Source: Fimicolochytrium jonesii (taxonomy: Eukaryota). From it: DNA of 64,000 nt. Shown in pieces: positions 36,348 through 48,562 of the stretch; position 1 is the first letter of the stretch; every line of letters begins with the position of its first letter. The translations under genes and the position numbers were made by a program. The stretch is from NCBI RefSeq assembly GCF_025526975.1, contig NW_026515674.1:1-64000 (forward strand). The letters run 5' to 3'. The notes under the pieces are model-generated. The model ran no database searches. It saw nothing but the letters and a program-made list of their open reading frames with translations, and had not been told where the DNA came from.

Positions 36348-38622
36348 ATGCCAGCAACAGCTGTGCTTCCCCCGCTTCAGCTCCCAAACAGCCGTCATGT
36401 CTCCCCAACCCCGCGCAGCTTCTACGACCGCCCTGTACGGAAAGTAAATGCATTCCCTAGCAACTCCATCGCGGACGGACCCACAATGACTGCTCCAGCC
36501 GGCGCAGATGCAGCAGCACACACCTCCTTCCCTTTCCGCCTCCCCGATCTCTCCGCCTCCTTCAAAATGCGATCCGCGCTGCAAGATTTGCACCGCCGCG
36601 ATCCCGCCGCGCCCATGACACGAGTCGTCGTCGCCAACTTCTGCCACGTTAAACTCCCGCCTCGTGGCGGATCGCTTGAACCGAGCGCCAAAAGCAGGGA
36701 TGCGTCCAGAGTTGAGAAAATATATTGGGAGAGGGACGAGGAAGCGGGTGGTGCAGAGGATGAGGAGGTGGATACTGGGCGGAGATCGAGGAAAGGGCAT
36801 GGGAGGAGGAGTGAGGGGGTTAGGTTTGCGGCTGGCTCGAAGAGAGGACGTGGGGCTGCGGGGGTGCGGGCGGCGGCGAGGGGTGGGAAGGTTGGGAAAC
36901 TCATGAGTGCGCCAGTGGAGAAGAAGAGGGAGGTGAAGACGCCGACGAAATCTAGTGTGGCTGCTGTGAAAGGTCAGAATTCACAACGTGTTCGCTCTAT
37001 TTTCTGCTGGTTTGATATGATGCGTGCGAAAACTGCATTCTGACATTTTATCTTACTATCGTGCCTCTGGATCAGACGAAACAACACGCCAAAGGACCCA
37101 GACAAAGACAGTCGTCCCTCCGAAACTTCCATCACAAGCCGCCAAACCACCGTCGGGAACGCCTCCCACCACCACAACACCTCCGCAAGGACCGGCCCCC
37201 GACACCAGCACACCCCGCTCCGCACATCTCCCCACCCCAGGCTCCCCAATGGCACGCACCACCCACTCCCGCCCGGCCTCCACCAGCCGCCACTCCTTCC
37301 TCCGCCGCAAAAACCCCTCCAGCGCCAGCGCCGCCAACTCCACCACAACACCCCCTCACCACCGCAGGCGCCACGCCCCCCAGGCTCCCCAAGACCAAAA
37401 CTACCTGATCCACCTGCACACCCCAACCCACACCCTCCACCTCGCCTCCCTCCACCGTCTCTCCACCACCTTCCTCTCCCGCGGCCTGCACATCCCTCTC
37501 GCAATCCTCCACCGCGCGTTCGTGGGGCCAGAGGAGATCTACCGCCTCCCGCCCGCGCCGCGCACGTACCACTACCTCCATCTCCGCCGCGGGCGGTCGC
37601 GGGAGAAGGAGGACGGGGTGGAGCTCGCGGACGACGACGACGACGATCCCGGCGATGCGTGGCGGTTACAGACGCAGCAGCGGAAACCCCCGCATCGCCG
37701 GAGTCTGCTCGTCCGCCCGGCGCCGGCGCCCATGTGGGTCCCCGAACAGTCGACGGTGAGTAGCGCCGACCCGGGGGGATCGGAGGGCGACGTGAGGGGC
37801 GACGGGCTGGCAGCCAAGATCGATTGTTGGTGGACGATGAAGGATGTGAAAGCGATCCGGGCGGATCTCAGGAGGCGGAGGGAGGAGAGGAGGGTTGCGC
37901 GACGTGCGGGGGGTGGGGTGGTGGTGGGCAGGATCAGTGTGGGGAGGCGGTCGGTGTTTGGCGGACCCGGTGGAGGGGGGGGACATCCCCTGGGATTCGG
38001 GGCACGCACCGATCGATTCGGGGACGTTGTCGGCGCTGCCGGGCCGTCCTCGTCCCGTCCGACAACCCAGGAAACAGGCAAACGCAACAGACTGTGGACC
38101 CCCGGTACAACCTCCACCCCACCCTCCCGCCCGCACACCCGCGACTCCGGCACCCTGATGCACCGGCTAACCCTCAGCTCCCGCTCCCGTCACCGCCTGC
38201 GCCGCCGGAAATCCAGATCCTCTCCCAACACCAACCACGACCCGATCGTTCCACGACCCTGGTCGGACCAAAGCGACATCCGCCAGAGCCACAAAGCCGC
38301 GCTCAACATGCCCGGCCACGGCGACCCGCGCGAAATGTCCTCCCGCCCGTGGTCGGAGCAGTCCTCCCCCCTCGGCCGCCCCGCACATAGCCCGCTGACC
38401 GCCAAAGCCTATTTCGAGCGACGGGTGAGGGACGTGGCGGCCGTGGAGCCGTTTTTCCTCCCCGGTCGTGGAGAAACCGACAGACCGCGGTCGGCGGCGC
38501 GCAGCGTGTTCAGTGATACCGGGAGTGATGTGGTGACGAGGCCGGCGGCGTTGTCGAGTAGCCCGGCGCCGACGAGGCCCCTGTGGCAGGTCATTGTCGA
38601 CATGGACGCGTACAGTCCTTAA
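36348..38622 (+). CDS. Low-complexity Pro/Arg/Ser-rich hypothetical protein; intron 36973-37075
   Basis: Two long ORFs joined in frame by a GTCAGA..CTGAC..CAG intron. Confidence 0.6.
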
Positions 38623-38704
38623 ATCTACCTTCAGATGGAATGTGTTCTATAGCGCTCGTTCCGCTAAAGTTACACATTTTCCGAAAACCTACATATACTC
38701 TCCC

Positions 38705-41700
38705 CTACTCTACCCCCCCACACCCCCCAATATGCGCTTTCAACCCCGGGATATTCTTCACTTCCTCCCCACACCGATGACATTTCAACGGTCCCTTCAG
38801 CAACCCCTCATAGTACGCCGTATCAAACTACCGAAAAAAACAAAAAACAGGGTAATTCGAATGAGTCCCCGTGCGATGGGCAAGAATGAAAAGGGTGACG
38901 ATTTGACGTACGTTGACACTCCCCTCCCTATTCAGGATGTCTCTGACCTCCTCGAAATCTTTAAAGAATGGCGTCGTGAACGAGTTCCAGTGTTTCTTAT
39001 TCTTCAGATGCGGCGAGTCAAAGTCTTGGGATATCACATGCAGATGCAACTGCCTTCAGAATCGCATCCAGCAGGAACAAAATCATCAGTAAGGGGGGCT
39101 TCAAAGCCACATGTATGTGTGGAATCAAGAGAGTTTGTGTGATACCCACTTCATACTAGGAACCGCATGAAACCCAACCCTGCACTCCACATCCATCCCC
39201 CCGACCTCGCGGCTGATCCCCGCCACAATCTCGTCCGCCTTTTTCTTCAACCCGTCCAACAGCCCCACATCCCCGGGTCCCAGGTTCGATATCCCGTCGA
39301 TGGGTTTCCGCGGGATTATCAGGAGGTGATGTTTCGCTTTCTACGTGGTGTGAGATGTCAGTGGTGTGATCCATGAGGGTGGGGGAGACATGAGAGTTAC
39401 CGGGAATTTATCGCGCACGACCACAATCTCATCATCGTATTCCACGACGACGTCCGCGTGCTGGTCGGGGTGGAGACAGTACATCCGCAGGGCGTCGTTC
39501 CAGTGTCCCGTTGGTCGAGCCGGTCCTGGGGGTGCGGTGCTCCCGTTTCCATTCCTCGCAGCACTCATCAACGTCGCGACTAAACGTGAAAAACGTCAAC
39601 ATCCAAAACCAGGATGTCTAATTGACATTCTACAATCCTTTGCTGTTTACATACACGCATTCCGCGCAGTCGGAGCGGGAAGGATGGATGTACTTCGGCC
39701 AGAGATCCCACCAGCAGCCCTAAACACCGCCGCCCACGTGGCTCGGAGGGCTTTGATGGCGGTGCCGAGCTCCGTTTGGGATATACAATGTGCGCGGAGC
39801 GGGTTCATGTTGGGTGGGACTGTGTATATCACCTGCACATGGAAAAATCACAATAAATCAGTTGGGGGGGTAAAGAAACAGACGTAAAAAAGCGGAAGGG
39901 GTGAGGTGAAGCAAACGTACGTACGTGGTGGACCCCTTCCTCCGTAAACAACGGCGAGGAAGCAGGTACAGGGACGGGGTAGGCCTCACCGAGCACAGCG
40001 GGGTTCGGGTACAGTGTCCGAGCCTGCTCATGCAATGCCGGCCCGGCTCTCTCATGAATCCGTCCACTGATAGCCGTACTCGCTAATAACAAACCGCATT
40101 TTAACATCGTGCGCGGAAGCCCAACACATTTGAACGGGAACATGGGTGGACAGAGTGTGACTTACAGACTTTCCACCGCCAACTGGTCTCCAAAACCACC
40201 ACTGCACAATCACACCCCGCCACACTCTTCATAGTCGCCAGATCGCCCTTGATGGCCTTGAACACCCCACCGGTGACCCCCGCAGCCGCGATGGCTTTCT
40301 CATAGGCGGCCAAGACGTGTGCGTCCGAGTCTAGTAGGGTGATGTGCAGATTGGGCGATGTTGGGGAGGTTCGGTAGGTTGAGAGTGTCTGTTTAGGTTG
40401 AGAAGACGGGCCACGTTAATGTCCAGGCTGTTGAACGCAGATGCAGAGGGGTAGATAGAACCCTGACCTCAGCGAAACATTCGGCGGCCTGTTGAAGATC
40501 GACCTGTCCCTCGGCGGTGGCGAGGGAGTGGATGGCGAGTGTTATGGGCGGGTCGGTGGGTTGCTTTGGAAGAACATTGTCTGTCGGGTCAGTAAATGTT
40601 TGTCCTGTGGGGGTGATGCGCGATGGAGGGGCACTTACATGTGCTGTTGAAGTAGTATCGTTGGCTGGGGCAGGGAAAACGACGTCGGATTCGTTTCCGT
40701 CGGTTGTTTCGTCGTCTGAGGTGGTTGGGATGGGTTTATGCGTGTGGGATGAAGTTTGGTTTCGTGTTTCGACGGTTGCTGGTTCAGGAGATGTTGTTTT
40801 GCCGTTTGAATACGAGGTGGATTGATGGTTGCTGGCTAGGTCTTGAGGTGGGGCTGGGGTGATGGGTGTAGCTGCCGGGTGCGGCAGCGGGGGGACGGGT
40901 GAGGTGTTTGCGTTGTCCGTTCTAGAGACGGATTGATTACCGATGATGACCGGATTCGACGGAGCTGGAGTATCAGGTGCCGCTGCTGCCCTGTGTGGCG
41001 GCCGATCCACAGGAGACACCGTCTTGGAACTGCTCCCAGACTGATGACTAACCCCACCACCCATCGTCCGCATCCTCGGCGGATCAACCGGTGTAGCGGG
41101 CGTTCGCGGGCTCATTGCAAACCTACCACTCGGCGTCCTTCCATTCCCACTCGTACGTTTCTGCGTACTCTGCGGCGCCGACCCCCGCCTACCACTCGCA
41201 CCACCCCCATCCTGATCCTCATCCAACCACGGATGTGCAAACTCCTCAAAATGCTGTGGATTCCGTCTATAACACTTCTTCCCGTACATACATTCCCTCT
41301 TCTTTGATTTCTTTGCCTTCCCCTTATTGCCATCAGAATCGTCCTCGTCATCTTCCAAATCATCATCATCGATAAAGTCCTCCATATCATCATCATCATC
41401 CTCATCCTCATCCCCACTCCCACCCACATATTCCTCCTCCTCATCATCCTCCCCAAACTCGCTCCCAGACTCGTCCTCTTTATAACTTGCAGCGGTGCGT
41501 TTACGGGGGGGTAATCGTTTCCTCTTTGTCGGTCTCGCCACCCCCTTTGTCTCGCCACCCCCGTCCCTTCCATCCTCCGTCTCGAAATCAAGGGGACTCG
41601 GCCCCCTCTTCCTGGGCCAGATGACATAAAACCACAGCTTATCCTCCAAAAGCGAGAACGCGCTGTCGCGGTCGAGGGTGACGGTTTGGTGTTGTCCGAT

Positions 41701-42360
41701 GGGTATGGTGTCTCCGAGAACGGTAGCGTAGGAGGTATTGGGGCCGAGTTGGGTGATGGTTAGCTTGGAGGTGAGCGGGTTGTAGTCTACGCGCACTGCG
41801 GGGGGGAGATGTATCGTATCGGTGAGATGTTCAGGGGAGAGTTACCCATGAGAAAGGCGCTTACCTTGCTCTCGACTGAATTCATGAATTATTTATACAT
41901 GATGGATGAGGAACGAAGCGAAGCGAAAGTTGGTTGGTTGGTTGGATGGGCGATGGATGATTGAACGATACCCTGCTCGCTCCGCTCGCGAGGAGGAGGC
42001 TGGGCGGGCGGTGGGGGCAGGAACATAGCTCGCTGGCGCTCGCTAAGAGCCGTGGTTAGGGGAACCAATGCGCCTTTGGCGCAATGTGGCTCGCTCCGCT
42101 GGCTCCAGTACAAGACCCATGCTCGCTTCGCTCGCGATCCCCTCCCTTCGCTCGCGAATCCTCAAACCTTCCTCGCCGGCGCTCGGCTCCCAGTGCCTCC
42201 TCCTGGACGACAAGATGACCCCGACCATACCATACCTCGCGCGTTTCTGTGTTATCCCCCACATGTTCCTCCCGATGATGATCGACTCCGTGCCGTCGGG
42301 AGCCACTTGCAGGTCATGCTCTTGGTCGGGGACTCCCCCGCGTAGTTTTATTTGCCCCAT
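38705..42360 (-). CDS. APTX: Aprataxin-like protein: FHA, acidic tract, PBZ, macrodomain, HIT and C-terminal Zn finger; multi-exon, including an 11-nt microexon at 41865-41875
   Basis: [97 protein letters not shown] aprataxin HIT; LKCHRC..LKAH. Confidence 0.9.
41876..42235 (-). repeat. 360-nt intron filled by a GAGC/GCGAAGC hairpin-rich dispersed repeat (copy A)
   Basis: Shares three collinear blocks with intron 53954-54316. Confidence 0.8.
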
Positions 42361-42734
42361 GCTGTTTTGTGTTGTCTTCTGATGGATGGGTGAGCTGGGG
42401 GGGTTGAGTGACGAATGGCCAAAGTGATGGAGTGACGGGGTGTGGCGCAGGAGTCCATTAATCAACTGATGAGCGGAACAACGACTGAATTTGAAGATGG
42501 TGGTCCCTCCTCTCCTCTCCCCCCCTCCGGTTGACAACTGGATGGATGTATTGCAAAAATGTAGAAAATACAACTACTACGTATGTATGGTGAAGAATGC
42601 ATGAACTCACTCCCCAGGCACCCCCCCCCCCACCCAAAAAAAAAACCTTCAAATTCATTCCATCTCCCCCCAAAAAATAATCTCAATTGGATGGATCAAG
42701 TGCTTGGAGGGCGCGAAAGATCGGACAAAAGATC

Positions 42735-42868
42735 TGTCTGACGCTCGCTGAGACTCGCTATAGCGCTCGTGGCCACCTCCCTTCGCTCGCCCGCAGATAC
42801 CGCCCTCGTTCGCTACGCTCTAAGCTCACGCTCGTTCGCTCGCTCGCAGCTCCCCTCTCGCGCTCGTA
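42735..42868 (-). repeat. Short copy (B) of the GAGC-rich hairpin repeat just downstream of the 42874 stop codon
   Basis: TAGCGAGTCTCAGCGAGCG shared with about 54154-54173; GCGAGCGAGCGAACGAGCG array. Confidence 0.7.
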
Positions 42869-42873
42869 CGTAA

Positions 42874-43194
42874 TTAATCCAGCCTAATCTCATCCACCAC
42901 CGTCTCACTCTTCTGCCTCCACTCCCTCAACGTACTCGGGCTCACACTCGGGTACCCCCCTCCATATGCACCAGCACGTCCATACAAGAACGACGGCCTC
43001 CCGGAACTACTCGTCGCACTCGAACTTGACGTAGTCGGAGACAGGAGAACCTCCTCGTCGAAGCTGAAGCCCCTATCGCTGCCTAGTTGCGTGAGATAGG
43101 GTAGGTTGTTACGGAGGTCGATGTGGGTTGTTGCGGGGCGGGCGGTTATGGGGATTGGGAGGGAGGGAGCTGAGGAGGGTGTTGAGGAGGACAT
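42874..43194 (-). CDS. Small Ser-rich hypothetical protein (about 106 aa)
   Basis: ORF MSSSTPSSAPSLPIPI..FSFDEEVLLSP..VVDEIRLD with a good start context. Confidence 0.6.
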   Translation of the reverse strand: MSSSTPSSAPSLPIPITARPATTHIDLRNNLPYLTQLGSDRGFSFDEEVLLSPTTSSSSATSSSGRPSFLYGRAGAYGGGYPSVSPSTLREWRQKSETVVDEIRLD

Positions 43195-45513
43195 GTTTAG
43201 GGGGGTTGGTGATGATGTGTTGTCTTGTCTTTTATTCAAGTGCGAGGCCGTGCGAGGCCTCCGGGGGGGGAATATGAGGTGAGGCTTGCGCCAGATTTGA
43301 GCGACGGCTGCGTTTGGGGAGTAGGCGGCGGTTGATTGAAGTAGCTTCCTTCTTCTCAGACGTCGATCGACAGTGGCGTTGATTTGATCGTCGGCGGTCG
43401 CTGGTTTTAAGTGAGCGGAAGTGTGGCGCCAACGGCGGTATGTCTGTTTTCTCGGGGGGAAGTTGTCTTTTTTGCGACGGCTACGGACGCAGTTAACGAA
43501 TGTCGGGCCTCCGATGGTTGACGCTACGAATGTTGCGTTGGGAATATTGGGGGGGGGGGGCGAGAAGACCAGACGGTGTGGCGAGCAGCAGTTGTTCTAT
43601 TTAGGAAAAAACGGATAGTGTAGTACGTATGTGTGTGATGAAGGGTGAGTCAGACGGAACACGGACTGACGGCATCAGGCACGCCATCGCCCGCCCACTA
43701 TTTGCGCTCTCTCTTATCTGGCGGAGGATGACCCGATAGGCATGACAGCACGCGTCACAACACCCCCCCCCCCGTTATCTCCCATGACGCGTGACTTAAC
43801 AGTAAGACGCCTTGGCTTCCCCCAAACAACGTCCCACGCGTACCCCATGAACAACGCAGCTCCCTCTTCCAACGTTGCTTCGACAACGTCCGCAAATATC
43901 GAGTTACGCCCGGAGTGGGACTCACGACCGGTTAAGATAATTCACGGTCTCACTCCCGGTGGGTGTCCAAGGAGCTGAAAGACAGGATGAGATGGCAACT
44001 ATCGTTCCGGAACGAAACTCTCTCAGCGGGACTTTGGATCGGCACTCTGCATTGGAGACCAGTAGTGGAATACCTGACCACGAAGACTAGTGGCACCCCG
44101 ATGACACTCACCGTCCCCACCTCGCGGATCCAACACTGGCTGGCCAGCGTCGGTTTTGGTATTTAACACTTGGTCCAAGTAGTATTAGGTCGCACAGAGA
44201 CAAAGGACAAACAGGTCATGGAGTTGGAGGATAAGCCCACGAACCGCGACGGCGAACGCGACGCCCTCATGAGGAATAGGATATTTGGAGAGTGCAGCGA
44301 CTCCAAGTCCCACGCCTTCCCGCTGGATAGCGTGTCCCGCCTCGAGTATTTCGAGGACGAAGTAATCGTCGCGCTTCGTGCTAGCGCGCGAATGTAGGCG
44401 AATCCGGAGCATGAAAACAGGCCCACTAGCAGCTCAGACGGTTCCCAGGCGGTGCAGGAACAGCACATGACGGTGCACATCATGGTCCATGTTTTTATGT
44501 GTGAATCATGGTGTGCGCTGTCATGGTGCTTGGAGAAGAAGGGGGGAAGAGCGAGGAGGAGGAGGATGTTATCTCGTCATTGTGCGGAGGGGATTGGGCG
44601 GCCGATGCAATGGAGCGGAGGGTGGGATGCGAATAAAACAGCAAAAAAGAGATGGAAAACTGCAGGTGCCGAAAGCGTACTTGAAACGGTGAAATCGAAG
44701 AACTCAAGTGGCCCGGCCCATCGTGCCCAACCATGCATCAGACACTGGTGCAATCGAAGTAAGCACCATGTGGAATCTACAAGTGGGGGTTCTCCGACTC
44801 TGCTCGTTGATTGTCGAGATCATTTTTTCATCGCGGGGAATCAACAGGTATCGGATGCATACGTCGGATGCTCAACAGGTATCGGATGCACACGTCTGTC
44901 TCACGATGGGGTTGTCTCGCCAGAGACGACCATGTCCAGTTGGCGCGTACAATCAAAGAGGCAGTCAACGATAAAGTGCTTGGCGAATGAATTACCTTCG
45001 GCGCTACCCACCGCGTTCGGGATCTAAATATACGGAAAGACCATCCCACTTTCGATTATGAGGTACGCACACGATAAGGACATGTATCGTATCGCCACAA
45101 CGGTCACAAGACTGTACGAACCGCCGCCCGAAGCAAAAGCTATTCCTTCGGTACACACGAGGGATGTCTGAACATGAAACTGTGATGGGGTCCGTGCAAG
45201 TGTGCCATCGCGACTACATGAAGCTCCTTTCTGGTGGGCGGAGGCGTCGCCATCGTTTTCTTAGCAAGCGTCATGAAGCGAGCGTCAAACTCTCGTAACT
45301 CCTTACGAGAATCCTCAGCCGCTCACCCTCCTCCTTAGGTGCAAACACCGTTCTCAGCGCTTTGTAGCACCCTTTCGAGAGAACTGGTCTGACTTTGTGA
45401 ACTGGTCCTACTAATCGCTCATGGTGATGGAATTCTGCCTATGACTATGAAAGGAAGAATATCCGTCTACAGATTGTATTTGTATTGTAACGAAGTTAGA
45501 ATGGGGTATGATG

Positions 45514-46674
45514 CTACGTTTCGCGCCTGCGCATGCCATAGAATCCTTCTTCCGCATCAAACGCCAGATGGTAAAGCTTCATGGCCCGAATCCCGGTATT
45601 CACTCGGCCGATTCCAGGACCCTCCACGCCAATGCGAGGCTTGATGGTTGTGTCTTTTGCGGGTTGATACGGAGCTTGGGATCCAATCGTGTATGTGATC
45701 TCACCGATATGGGCATGCCGAGGCCCGAACTTGACGTTGATGTGTGTGCCAAGGGTGATATTGCCTTCCTCGTTTAGTGGGACCGCGTAGTCAGCAGGCG
45801 CCGTCAGAATCATGGTGTTGATACCCGAGTCGATGAGCGTGGAGGTTGAATTGAGCTCAGGGAGGTCGTTCACCTTGATGACTCCCTCGAGGCGCTGCCA
45901 GTCGAGGGTAGCATCAGGGTACGACCGTCGGAGCGGTGCCCAGAGGAACCGATCGGTGTTGAGTTCTGTCAATCCGAGGGTGGCGCCGGTCTCGTCCAAT
46001 ATCCACCCTTTACGGAAGGGGCCGGGATGAGCGTCATCGGGCAGAACGTTGAGAAAAGTGTTCTTGTCCCATCCGAAGACCCCGGCCGGATCGCTCTTGG
46101 AGCCGAAGCCTACGCCCATCATGTAGATCCCGATCCTGTTCCGCTCTATCCAGGGCCCCTGCCGCTTGCTGTCAGGACAGTCATACCCATCTTCCTGCAG
46201 TTTCCAGCCGTGGCAGATGCATTGGCGCGCGATGGCCAGCACGGGAACTGTGCCTTTCAATTGGATCGCGGAGGTGGTATTGAAAACGATCGTCTGGTTC
46301 ATCCACTTGCCGATGCTCAACCGGTCATTCGATGTGTAGAACATGTACCCTTGCTCGGTGGAGCTTTCATAGAGCTCTCGGTCGAGCCTTCGTGCAGGCA
46401 GGACAAGCGACGTCGATCCCGTGTCCACCGCGCATCTGGTGAAACGAGCTCCTTGAGCATCTGCGGGTGCGCCCGGATTGTAGAGTGTAAAGTCGACGGA
46501 CGGGTTGGCCGAATCGAAGGTTTGAAGCGTCGCCCAGGGGATGGTTGCCGATGTATTGTAGGCGCCAAGTTTCGGTCCGGTTGCGATAGGGGTTGCAGGG
46601 TTTGCACACTTGGTGGAAGACGTCACGCCCGCCAGGGCAGCAACAGCGGATGCCTTGAAGACCCAATGCTTCAT
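45514..46674 (-). CDS. Secreted, intronless aspartic-protease-like protein (bacterial autotransporter-passenger type)
   Basis: Signal peptide; two catalytic-type motifs VDTGSTS and IDSGI; MMGVGFG; C-terminal NTG...LAFDAEEGFYG. Confidence 0.75.
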   Translation of the reverse strand: MKHWVFKASAVAALAGVTSSTKCANPATPIATGPKLGAYNTSATIPWATLQTFDSANPSVDFTLYNPGAPADAQGARFTRCAVDTGSTSLVLPARRLDRELYESSTEQGYMFYTSNDRLSIGKWMNQTIVFNTTSAIQLKGTVPVLAIARQCICHGWKLQEDGYDCPDSKRQGPWIERNRIGIYMMGVGFGSKSDPAGVFGWDKNTFLNVLPDDAHPGPFRKGWILDETGATLGLTELNTDRFLWAPLRRSYPDATLDWQRLEGVIKVNDLPELNSTSTLIDSGINTMILTAPADYAVPLNEEGNITLGTHINVKFGPRHAHIGEITYTIGSQAPYQPAKDTTIKPRIGVEGPGIGRVNTGIRAMKLYHLAFDAEEGFYGMRRRET

Positions 46675-47599
46675 CTTCCGATTGATTTTCGCGGAAAACG
46701 AAGAAGTAAGAGATTTAGCCTCTGTGATGATAGGAGAGTCGCCCAGGATGCAGATTGACTCCCCCGTATTTATACCAGATTCAGGGCGGCTACGAGCCCA
46801 CCATGTACATATGTACCATCGAAGCTACTCTTCGAGGCTCTTGCAGGCAGTAGACGTACTGTACGTACAAGGTGATCACAGTTCTGTAAGTACTGTCCAG
46901 TGATCAACCTTCTCCGGTGACCGGCCCTCGCTCGGGGCCCTTACGATGACTAGTGAAATACTGCACCTCATCACGGTGCAGGTGTTATTCTTTGATCCTT
47001 CCTCTGAAAATCTTTCACCTCCAAATGTCAGTCCTCGCTGCCATGTTACGAGCTTGCAGCGGTCAAAATGCTGAGGAGTTGCCCAAATTTCCAGATCTGG
47101 ACGCCGCGGAGGTTGTCGACGCGAAATGTCCGCGGAGACCCCCATATATTGCCCCCAAATTACAAGAGTCGTAGGACTAATCGCTCGACGCTTATTAGCG
47201 AGCTGAGGTCTTGCCGTTGATTCGGCAGTGAATGCCTCAGGTTAGCGAATAAGCTCAAGATTTGGGTGTAACTAGGCGGACTAAACCACCCCGAATGACG
47301 GTAATCGACAGCGCGTGCCCAGGGCACTTTCGGAACGACGGAGCACAATGCACCTCGCGCTTCTTCCCGATTTTGGCCATGAAGGGCATGAAAACAGAAA
47401 ACAGGTAGAAAATATGCAGCTGCATACAGCAACAGAAAGAACCTACCTATGGTAGCAGCAAGAACTTACGCAGTATAGAGTCATAACTATCTGCATGATC
47501 CCTACTCTGATGGACTTCACCGTGCGCCTTCGCTGCATCCGGGATGTACCAAATGCAAAAGCCATAATTGTGGCAGACCAGAAACCGCCACCCAGCACT

Positions 47600-48075
47600 G
47601 GACGTGGCAGCGGGTCATTGGTGCAATGGCTTAAGACAGTGCAATGGCTCCATGAACACGGACCGGAAGTGCAAGTGCGATGCACCTGGCAGCGGCACAT
47701 GGACACCTCAGCGTCGTCAAATGGCTTAATGAGAATAGATCGGAAGCGTGCACCTTGGATGCTATGGGCATTGCCGCGAATATGACGTCTCGAGGTGGTG
47801 CAATGGCTTCACGAAAACAGATCGGAAGGGTGCATCGTCGTTCCTATGGACGAGGCGGCAATGGACTGGTCACCTTAAAGTGATCAGATTCTTGGATTGC
47901 CATAGACAGGAAGGCTGGACGACGCAAGCAATGGATGATGCAGCTCGAATGGGTTGGCTCAAACTAGTTGAATGGCTTCACACCCATCGTGAGGACTGTA
48001 CGACATCGGCGATCAATTCGGCCGCAAACAGTGGCCATCTCGAAGTGTCGAAATGCTTGCATTTCAATGCCAATG
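47600..48075 (+). pseudogene. Frameshifted ankyrin-repeat gene remnant
   Basis: AAAHGHLSVVKWLNENRSEACTLDAM; EGWTTQAMDDAARMGWLKLVEWLHTHREDCTTSAINSAANSGHLEV spread over several frames. Confidence 0.8.
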
Positions 48076-48562
48076 GTCCTGACTACCTTTCCACAAGACC
48101 GGATGTCTCGATGAGAAGTTGGAGCTGGGTGAGGATAACCATGATTGACGTGATGACTCCAAATGTCGTTTTATAGCATGTTGATACATAGAACAGGTCC
48201 AGTGAACATCCCTTGATGAGAAGAAAGTCACGGTTGCCTGGAGGGAGGGAGTTTTCGACCAGGTTTTGTTGTGGAAGAATGGGAAGATGATTCCCCACAT
48301 CCTCCTTTGCGAGCCAGCGTCTGTCATCATCACTTCCGTTGAATACTCATCCCCAACCCCGATCCGATATAAATTTATAAGAACTTGCATCTCAAACCTC
48401 TCTTCATACCCACCGTCTCATACAAATTTCTCTCCGTAGCCAATCCTCCTTAAAAACAGCCTACCCTATCCTGCACTCGCTACACACAACCCCAATATCC
48501 CACCCAACCATGGTATATTCCCTCCTTTTCCACGCTCCTGCAAAACCGGAAACGCGTCTCCT

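Noticed and set aside
42465..42500. CTGATGAG hammerhead-like core (also near 52572)
   Set aside because: No stem II followed by GAAA and no flanking stems found
43960..45030. Short ORFs and a 31-bp tandem duplication at 44841-44896
   Set aside because: No family motif; looks like a remnant plus a local slippage duplication
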